Shown: in pieces, positions 55,584 through 63,535 of the stretch
How positions within the stretch are numbered: the first letter of the stretch is position 1
Layout: every line of letters begins with the position of its first letter
Assembly (NCBI GenBank): GCA_023432005.1
Contig: JAEYVF010000020.1
Span: 1-63,535 of the forward strand
DNA length: 63,535 nt
Direction: 5' to 3'
Source of the DNA: Actinomycetes bacterium
GTDB taxonomy: Bacteria; Actinomycetota; Actinomycetes; Actinomycetales; Microbacteriaceae
Notes under the pieces: model-generated
Told to the model about the DNA's origin: nothing
What the model saw: the letters and a program-made list of their open reading frames with translations, nothing else
Databases searched by the model: none
Program-made: the position numbers and the translations under genes

Positions 55584-57758
55584 TCAGTCGCGCAGCGCGA
55601 ACCGCGCGTGCAGTCGCTTGAGCGGCGCGGGCGCCCACCACATGATCCGCCGCTGCCAGGTCATGAACGCCGGCACGAGCAGGCAGCGCACGAGCGTCGC
55701 ATCGAGCAGCACCGCCACCGCGAGCGCCGTGCCGAGCTGCTTGATGACCATGAGGTCGCCCGTCGCGAAGCCCGCGAACACGACGATGATGATGAGGGCG
55801 GCGGATGTGATGATGCGGCCCGAGCGCTGGATGCCGCGCGCGATCGCCTCGGCATCGTCGACCCCGCGCTCCACCTGTTCGGTGATGCGCGACAGGATGA
55901 ACATCTCGTAGTCCATCGCGAGACCGAAGCCGAACACGAGCGTCAGCAGCAGCACGAGCACGTCGACGCCGAGCACATCATCCGGGTCGAAGCCCATGAA
56001 GCCGGCGAAGTTGCCCTCCTGGAAGCCCCACACGAGCACGCCGAGCGACGCCCCGAGCGACAGCACGCTCGCGAGCAGCGCCTTGATCGGCACGACGAGC
56101 GAGCCCGTCATGAGGAACAGCAGCACGACCGTGCCGAGCGCGATCACGAGCACCGCCCACGGCACGCCGTGAGCGAGGGTGTCGGTGAAGTCGGCCGTGC
56201 GGGCGTCGGCGCCCGTCACCCACGCCGGCGCGTCGGGCCGCTCGGCGCGCACCGCGCGCACGACCTCGACGCCCGTCTTCGGCTCCACCACGACGTTCGC
56301 CCGCCACACCTCGTTCACCTGCTCGAGCTCGCCCACCTCGACGACGTGGTCGAGAGCGGATGCGGCATCCGCCCACTCGGCGAGCACCGCCTCCGACTCC
56401 GCGACCAGCACGACGCGCGGGGGCGCCGCATCCGGGAAGTGCTCCTCGAGCGCCGACATGAACGGGTACTGCGTCGACGACGCGGGCAGCGTGTCGACGC
56501 TCGTGTTGGCGATGCGCAGCTGCAGCACGGGGCTGCCGAGCAACACGAGCACGGCGGCGGATGCGAGGGTCACGAGTGCGGGATGCCGCTGCACCCGGCG
56601 CGTGAGCCGGGAGAAGAACCCCTCGTCGGGCGCGATGTCGCCGAAGCGGCGCAGCACGCGGCCGGCACCCGGGATGCGCGTGAGGAGGCCGGGCTTGAGG
56701 AGCGAGCCGCCGAGCAGCGCGAGAAGCGCGGGCAGCAGGGTGAGCGCCGACAGGATCGAGATCGCCGTGACCGAGAGCGCCCCGAGGCCGATCGCGCGCA
56801 CGACCGCGGCGTCGAAGCACAGCATCCCGAGCGCCGCGATGCCGAAGACGGTGCCCGAGTAGAGCACCGTGCGGCCCGCGGAGTCGGCCGTGCGCGCGAT
56901 CACCTCGAGACGGCTGCGGCCGTCGGCGTGCCGCGACTCCTCGCGGAAGCGGCTCACGATGAGCAGGCCGTAGTCGATCGAGAGGCCGAGGCCCACAGCC
57001 GTCACGACGTTCATGACGGTCGTGTTGATCTCGAGCAGGTAGGTGAAGCCGAAGAGCGCACCGAGGCCGCCGACGATCGACACGAGTGCGCCCACGAGCG
57101 GCGTGCCCGCGGCGAGGAAGCCGCCGAAGACGACGAGCATCACGAGCAGCGCGATCGGCAGGGCGATCGCCTCGCCGCGCGCGAGATCCGACTGCGACAG
57201 CTGCATGATCGAGTCGACGAGCAGGGCCGTGCTGCCCACCTCGGCGGTCGCATCGGGGTCGAGGGAGCGGATGTCGGATGCCGCCTCCGCGATGCGCTCG
57301 TCGACCCGCTCGACGAGGGCGTCGTCGACCGTGCCGTCGTGCGCCCGCACGGTCGCGGTAAGCAGGAAGCCCTCACCGTCATCCGAGAACAGGCCCGCGG
57401 CCTGCGGGGGGATGCTGCCATCCGGCATCCGCGGGATCGCGAGGGGGTCGACGACCGCGACGTCGTCGCCGGCGAGGTCGGATGCGAGCGCAGCGGCGAT
57501 GTGCGCGAGCTCGACGTCGTCGAGATCGACGCCGTGGACGAGCAGGGTCGAGGTCTCGTCGTCACCGCCCGACAGCAGGTCGTCCGCATCCGCCGACTCG
57601 ACGTCGCCCCATGCCCACGACGAGCCGAGTCGGTCGAAGAGGCCCTCGCCGAGCACGCCGCCGATCGCGACGGCGACGATGGCCGCGAGACCCACGGCCC
57701 ACGCGACGACGGTGACGATCGGGTGGCGCGCGGCGGATCGGGCCAGGCGCCCCGGCAC
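55584..57758 (-). CDS. MMPL family transporter
   Basis: GLGLSIDYGLLIVSRFREE, FGLAMDYEMFILSRI, DATLVRCLLVPA. Confidence 0.9.
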   Translation of the reverse strand: MPGRLARSAARHPIVTVVAWAVGLAAIVAVAIGGVLGEGLFDRLGSSWAWGDVESADADDLLSGGDDETSTLLVHGVDLDDVELAHIAAALASDLAGDDVAVVDPLAIPRMPDGSIPPQAAGLFSDDGEGFLLTATVRAHDGTVDDALVERVDERIAEAASDIRSLDPDATAEVGSTALLVDSIMQLSQSDLARGEAIALPIALLVMLVVFGGFLAAGTPLVGALVSIVGGLGALFGFTYLLEINTTVMNVVTAVGLGLSIDYGLLIVSRFREESRHADGRSRLEVIARTADSAGRTVLYSGTVFGIAALGMLCFDAAVVRAIGLGALSVTAISILSALTLLPALLALLGGSLLKPGLLTRIPGAGRVLRRFGDIAPDEGFFSRLTRRVQRHPALVTLASAAVLVLLGSPVLQLRIANTSVDTLPASSTQYPFMSALEEHFPDAAPPRVVLVAESEAVLAEWADAASALDHVVEVGELEQVNEVWRANVVVEPKTGVEVVRAVRAERPDAPAWVTGADARTADFTDTLAHGVPWAVLVIALGTVVLLFLMTGSLVVPIKALLASVLSLGASLGVLVWGFQEGNFAGFMGFDPDDVLGVDVLVLLLTLVFGFGLAMDYEMFILSRITEQVERGVDDAEAIARGIQRSGRIITSAALIIIVVFAGFATGDLMVIKQLGTALAVAVLLDATLVRCLLVPAFMTWQRRIMWWAPAPLKRLHARFALRD

Positions 57759-57772
57759 GCCCGGTTGCGCGC

Positions 57773-59056
57773 TCAGACCTTCGCCATCCAATCCTCTTCG
57801 CCGTCGTCGACGACCGCGATGGGGAGCGTGATGGCGGCCGTCGGCGGGCCGACGACGGTCACCTCGTCGCGGCGGTGGCGCAGCACCGTGTCGATGTAGG
57901 AGGTGAGGGCCTCGGCGAGCGGCACGTTGCGCTTCTGCTCCTGCGAGAGGTACCAGCGGTGGTCGAGCAGCTGATGGAACACCTCGGCGGGCTCGAGCTT
58001 GCCGCGCAGCTCCTTCGGGATCGAGCGCACGACGGGCTCGAACACCGACACGAGCCACTCGTGGGCCACCATCTCCTCGTCCTCGTCGGCCTTGCCCCGC
58101 GTCGCGCGGTAGGCGTCCAGGTCGTTGAGCAGTCGGCGGGCCTGGTTCTCGCCCGCGTCGAGCCCCGTGAGCCGCAGCAGGCGCCGGGAGTGGTGGCCGG
58201 CATCCACGACCTTCGGCTGGATGCGCACGCTCGTGCCGTCGCCGTCCTTGCGGATCGAGAGCTCCTCGATGTCGAAGCCGAGGTCGTTGAGACGCTCGAC
58301 GCGCTCGCGGATGCGCCAGCGCTCCGACTCGGGGAAGGTCTCGGATGCGGTGAGCTCGCGCCACAGGGACCGGTACGCCGCGACGATGCCGTCGGCGATC
58401 CCCACGGGGTCGACGCCCTCGTCGAGCCGCCCGCCGGACTGCAGGTCGAGCAGCTCGCCCGCGATGTTGATGCGCGCGACCTCGAGGTCGTTCTCGCGCT
58501 GTCCGTTGGAGAGCCCGCCCTCGTAGAGCTTGCCGGTCTCCGCGTCCACGAGGTAGGCGGCGAAGGCGCCCGCGTCGCGGCGGAAGAGGGTGTTCGAGAG
58601 CGAGACGTCGCCCCAGTAGAAGCCGATGAGGTGCAGGCGCGCGAGCAGCAGGGCGAGGGCGTCGACGAGGCGGGTCGCCGTGTCGGGGCGGAGGGCCTGC
58701 GAGTAGAGCGCGCGGTAGGGCAGTGAGAACTTGAGGTGACGCGTGACGAGCGCGGGGGAGAGCTCCTCGCCGTCGGCGGCGACGCGCCCCGTGACGACCG
58801 CGACGGGCTCGACGCACGGCACGTCGAGGCGCTGCAGGGTGCGGAGCATGTCGTACTCGCGGCGCGCGAGCTCGACGGTGGTCTCCTTGATCGCCACGAC
58901 GAAGCCCTCGAGGTGCACGAAGCGCACGAGGTGGCGCGAGATGCCCTTCGGGAGCGCCGCGATGGTCTCCTCGGGCCAGACCTCGAGCGGCAGCTGCCAC
59001 GGGAGGTCGAGCATCGCCGGGTCCGGCATGGCGGAGGTGATCGACAGCGAGCTCAC
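57773..59056 (-). CDS. DUF4032 / kinase-like protein
   Basis: GISRHLVRF, WGDVSLSNTLFRRDAG, LVDAETG, LDHRWYLS. Confidence 0.8.
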   Translation of the reverse strand: MSSLSITSAMPDPAMLDLPWQLPLEVWPEETIAALPKGISRHLVRFVHLEGFVVAIKETTVELARREYDMLRTLQRLDVPCVEPVAVVTGRVAADGEELSPALVTRHLKFSLPYRALYSQALRPDTATRLVDALALLLARLHLIGFYWGDVSLSNTLFRRDAGAFAAYLVDAETGKLYEGGLSNGQRENDLEVARINIAGELLDLQSGGRLDEGVDPVGIADGIVAAYRSLWRELTASETFPESERWRIRERVERLNDLGFDIEELSIRKDGDGTSVRIQPKVVDAGHHSRRLLRLTGLDAGENQARRLLNDLDAYRATRGKADEDEEMVAHEWLVSVFEPVVRSIPKELRGKLEPAEVFHQLLDHRWYLSQEQKRNVPLAEALTSYIDTVLRHRRDEVTVVGPPTAAITLPIAVVDDGEEDWMAKV

Positions 59057-59100
59057 GGGATGAGCCTATTCGTCGCACGCACGCACGCGCGCGAGAACGA

Positions 59101-59135
59101 CGGAGGCCGCACCCCCGAGGGGGATGCGGCCTCCG
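59101..59135 (-). terminator. hairpin downstream of msiK
   Basis: CGGAGGCCGCA.CCCC...GGGG.TGCGGCCTCCG. Confidence 0.65.
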
Positions 59136-59150
59136 ATGAAGCGCTTCGGC

Positions 59151-60254
<1,104 letters not shown>

Positions 60255-60265
60255 GATCGTTCGTT

Positions 60266-60310
60266 CTCCTTCACCGGCAGGTACGTGCCGGACGATCCGT
60301 AGTGAATGGA
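60266..60310 (-). ncRNA. msiK RNA motif (cis-regulatory)
   Basis: TCCATTCACTACGGATCGTCCGGCACGTACCTGCCGGTGAAGGAG ending in the RBS, directly upstream of msiK. Confidence 0.82.
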
Positions 60311-60498
60311 AGATCGCCGGCGGCGGTGCCGACGATTCCGCTCAGTATGGCATAGGGGCGGGACGCCGCCGTGCCCAGCCAGCATCCGGAAGGTTCCCAG
60401 ATTGGCTGCCTAGCATCGAGGCCCGGACGCGACTGGCGTCCGCGTACCTGCGCGTCGTAGTCTTCCGATCGCGCTCCCACACCCGAGAACGAGGACCG

Positions 60499-61413
60499 AT
60501 GACCTACGGCGAGTCCGATCGCCCGGAGCCCGGCGGCAACGATGCCCGGGCTGCAGCGAAGGAACGCGCCCGCGAACTGCGCACCCTGCACCGCAAGCAG
60601 GAGCGCCGCCGCCGGCTCGTGCTCCAGCTCGGCATCCTGGGCGGCGCGCTCGTCGTCATCGCGATCGTCGCGGTCACCCTCATCTCGATGAACCAGGCGC
60701 CCGCGCGCGGCCCGCTCAACATGGCGAGCGACGGCATCAAGATCGGCGCCGAGCTCAAGGCCGTGCGCACGCCGGGCCTCTCGCCGAGCGCGACCCCCGT
60801 GCCGGCGGTGGCCACCGAGCCGGGCGTCATCGACATCCGCATCTACGTCGACTACCTGTGCGCCAACTGCGGCACCTTCGAGGCGAACAACGCCGACCAG
60901 CTGCGCACGTGGGTCTCCTCCGGAGCCGCCACGCTCGAGATCCACCCGATCGCGCTTCTCACCACGAAGTCGGCGGGCACCCAGTACTCGCTGCGCGCGG
61001 CCAACGCCGCCGCGTGCGTCGCCGAGTACTCGCCCGACTCCTTCTTCGACTTCCACGCCGCGCTCTTCGCCGACCAGCCCGAGGAGGGGTCCGAGGGCCT
61101 CACCGACGAGGAGCTGCTCGCGCGTGCCGTCAAGGCCGGTGCGAGCGACCGCTCCAAGATCAAGACCTGCATCGAGAAGAAGCGGTTCGCGTCGTGGGTG
61201 CAGGCGGCGACCGTCCGCGCGCTCAACGGCCCCATCCCGAACGCCGACATCCCGGCGATCACGACGGCGCCCACGATCATCGTCGACGGCAAGCGATTCC
61301 AGTACACGAAGGACTTCGACGCGAAGGAGCTCGCCCAGTTCGTGGCGGGTGCCGCGGGCGACAACTTCACCTCGACCCCCACGCCGAGCCCGTCCGACAC
61401 CCCGGCCCCGTAG
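60499..61413 (+). CDS. membrane-anchored DsbA/thioredoxin-fold protein
   Basis: TM segment, YVDYLCANCG (CxxC), TAPTIIVDGK. Confidence 0.85.
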   Translation: MTYGESDRPEPGGNDARAAAKERARELRTLHRKQERRRRLVLQLGILGGALVVIAIVAVTLISMNQAPARGPLNMASDGIKIGAELKAVRTPGLSPSATPVPAVATEPGVIDIRIYVDYLCANCGTFEANNADQLRTWVSSGAATLEIHPIALLTTKSAGTQYSLRAANAAACVAEYSPDSFFDFHAALFADQPEEGSEGLTDEELLARAVKAGASDRSKIKTCIEKKRFASWVQAATVRALNGPIPNADIPAITTAPTIIVDGKRFQYTKDFDAKELAQFVAGAAGDNFTSTPTPSPSDTPAP

Positions 61414-61427
61414 GCTGGGTTCCTGTC

Positions 61428-61504
61428 GCCTCCTTAGCTCAGTTGGCCAGAGCATCGCTCTTGTAAAGCGAGGGTCGTCGGTTCGAATCCGACAGGAGGC
61501 TCCA
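61428..61504 (+). tRNA. tRNA-Thr (anticodon TGT)
   Basis: GCCTCCTTAGCTCAGTTGG...CTTGTAA...GGTTCGAATCC...GGAGGCTCCA. Confidence 0.95.
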
Positions 61505-61519
61505 CGGGAACGGAGGGGC

Positions 61520-62479
61520 ATGCCGCACGACCACGCGCTGCGCCCCTTCGTCACGACGGCTGCCGTCATCGGCGCGGTCATCGTCGGGGGGTTCATGGCG
61601 GCGCAGTCGCGCGTCAACGGCGAGCTCGCCCACGAGCTCGGCGACGGCATCCTCGCGGCCCTCATCTCGTTCGGCTCGGGCGCGGTCGCGTGCGCGCTCG
61701 CGCTCCTCGTGTGGCGACCCGGGCGGCGGGGCCTCGGTCGCATCCGCGACGCCGTGCGGGACAGGCGGATGTCGCCCTGGTTCCTCGTCGGGGGCGCAGC
61801 GGGCGCGCTCATGGTGACGTCGCAGGGGCTCACCGCCGCTGTCGTGGGCGTCGCGCTCTTCTCGGTCGCGATCGTCGGTGGGCAGACCGTCGGCTCGCTC
61901 ATCGTCGATCGCCGGGGGCTCGGCACGATGCCGCCCAAGGCGCTCACGGCGCCGCGGCTCGCGGGCGCGCTGCTCGCCGTCGCGGCCGTGGTGTGGGCTG
62001 TGTCGGGTCGCCTGGCGGGAGATGTGCCGTGGTGGCTGCTCGTGCTGCCGTTCGTCGCAGGGATCGCGACCTCGTGGCAGCAGGCCGCCAACGGGCAGCT
62101 TCGCGGGGCGGCCGGGTCGGTGCTGAGTGCGACGTTCGTGAGCTTCCTCGCGGGAACCCTCGTGCTCGCCATCGCCGCAGCGGTCGACGTCGCGATCGTC
62201 GGATCGCCCGCCGCGTTCCCCACCGCGCCGTGGCTCTACTCGGGCGGGCTGCTCGGCATCATCTTCATCGCGGGTGCGGCCGCGATCGTCCCCCTCGTGG
62301 GCGTGCTCCTCTACACGCTCGCCGCGATCGCCGGTCAGCTCACCGTCGCCGTGCTGCTCGACGTGCTCCTGCCGGTCGGCGACGCGCGCGTCGACGTCGC
62401 GACGGTGGGAGGCGCCGCACTCGCCGTCGTCGCGGTGGGCATCGCGTCGATCCGTCGTCCCGGGCACCGCACCGCCTGA
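61520..62479 (+). CDS. DMT family transporter (YdcZ/DUF606-like, duplicated)
   Basis: QSRVNGEL and QQAANGQL repeats, about 10 TM; RBS GGAGG. Confidence 0.82.
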   Translation: MPHDHALRPFVTTAAVIGAVIVGGFMAAQSRVNGELAHELGDGILAALISFGSGAVACALALLVWRPGRRGLGRIRDAVRDRRMSPWFLVGGAAGALMVTSQGLTAAVVGVALFSVAIVGGQTVGSLIVDRRGLGTMPPKALTAPRLAGALLAVAAVVWAVSGRLAGDVPWWLLVLPFVAGIATSWQQAANGQLRGAAGSVLSATFVSFLAGTLVLAIAAAVDVAIVGSPAAFPTAPWLYSGGLLGIIFIAGAAAIVPLVGVLLYTLAAIAGQLTVAVLLDVLLPVGDARVDVATVGGAALAVVAVGIASIRRPGHRTA

Positions 62480-62582
62480 GCGGCGCGCATCTCCGGGGTA
62501 GCGCCCCGGCCGCCGCGCACGGCAGGCTGAGGGCAGCATCCCGGCGCGCATCCCGGTGCCGCCCGAAGAAGGGAGCACCACC

Positions 62583-63275
62583 ATGAGCGCCACCCCCCGC
62601 GCCGAGAGCGTCGTGCTCGTGCACGGCGCCTACGCCGACGGATCCTCGTGGAGCGACGTCATCCCCCTCCTGCTCGACGCGGGCCTCGAGGTCCTCGCCG
62701 TGCAGAACCCCCTGACGACGCTCGAGGAGGATGCCGCGGCCACCCGCCGCACCCTCGCCCGGGCGACGGGCCCCGTCGTCCTCGCCGGACATTCGTGGGC
62801 GGGCACGGTCATCTCGGAGACGGGAGGCGACGACAAGGTCTCGGCACTCGTCTACGTCGCCGCCCGCGCTCCCGATGTCGGTGAGGACTACGGCGCGCTC
62901 GCCGCGCGATTCCCGACCCCTCCCGCCTCGGCGGGCCTCGTGCACGCCGACGGCTACGCGCAGCTGTCGGAGGACGCGTTCCTGAACGACTTCGCGAACG
63001 GCGTCGACGAGCGCCGGGCCCGCGCGCTCTACGCGGTGCAGGGTCCGATCTCCGACGGGCTCTTCGGTTCGCGCACGACGCACGCCGCGTGGCACGACAA
63101 GCCCACGTTCTACTCGGTCTCGCGGAACGACCGGACGACCTCGCCCGAGCTCGAGCGCTTCCTCGCCGACCGGATGGGGGCGCGCACGATCGAGCTCGAC
63201 AGCGGGCACCTCGCGATGGTGACCCACCCGCGCGAGATCGCCGACCTCATCCTCGAGGCGGCCGGGAGGTCGTGA
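62583..63275 (+). CDS. alpha/beta hydrolase
   Basis: LVHGAYADGSSW, GHSWAG, DSGHLAM. Confidence 0.88.
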   Translation: MSATPRAESVVLVHGAYADGSSWSDVIPLLLDAGLEVLAVQNPLTTLEEDAAATRRTLARATGPVVLAGHSWAGTVISETGGDDKVSALVYVAARAPDVGEDYGALAARFPTPPASAGLVHADGYAQLSEDAFLNDFANGVDERRARALYAVQGPISDGLFGSRTTHAAWHDKPTFYSVSRNDRTTSPELERFLADRMGARTIELDSGHLAMVTHPREIADLILEAAGRS

Positions 63276-63288
63276 CGCGCTCCGGGCC

Positions 63289-63535
63289 TCAGAGGCTCGA
63301 CAGATGCTTCCCCGCGGCGATCGGCTTGCGCTTGCCGCTCTTCTTCTCGGGCTTCGAGCCCACGTAGAGCCAGCCGAGCAGCTGCTCGTCGGGTGCCAGC
63401 CCGTGGGCGCGGTGCACGGCCCCCGAGCGCGTGTAGTGGCCCGTGCGCCACATGACGCCCCAGCCGGCCTCGTCGAGCAGCAGGCTCAGCGCGTGCGCGA
63501 CGCCGGAGGCCACCGCCTCCTGCTCCCAGAGAGGC
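63289..63535 (-). CDS. nitroreductase family protein, C-terminal part (truncated by window)
   Basis: WEQEAVASG, GWGVMWRTG, LLGWLYVG. Confidence 0.75.
   Translation of the reverse strand, partial: PLWEQEAVASGVAHALSLLLDEAGWGVMWRTGHYTRSGAVHRAHGLAPDEQLLGWLYVGSKPEKKSGKRKPIAAGKHLSSL

Overview
High-GC actinobacterial chromosome segment, most likely Microbacteriaceae (inferred from gene content and synteny). It is mostly core or near-core metabolism: GlcNAc use (ROK, nagB, nagA, GH20), one-carbon metabolism (purU, ZTP riboswitch-glyA-folD, ygfZ), a Leloir galactose locus, a guanidine-III riboswitch with two SMR genes, a phosphate regulon (pstSCAB, ppk1-mutT1, phoU, senX3-regX3 with PHO-box repeats), glnR, gpmA, carD-ispDF-cysS-rlmB, an HtaA heme-binding surface protein with a DtxR/IdeR box, msiK with its RNA motif, tRNA-Lys(TTT) and tRNA-Thr(TGT). 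I see no integrase, transposase, CRISPR array or prophage. The most interesting unexplained signals are: (1) a compact, apparently self-promoted structured ~80-nt RNA directly downstream of an uncharacterised 210-aa protein next to tRNA-Lys; (2) a pervasive GGATGC/GCATCC motif that often runs against codon bias; (3) a family of long-loop REP-like palindromes, one of which overlaps the folD initiation region; (4) mosaic or frameshifted accessory surface and regulatory genes. All product calls come from my recognition of motifs in the translations, not from database searches.
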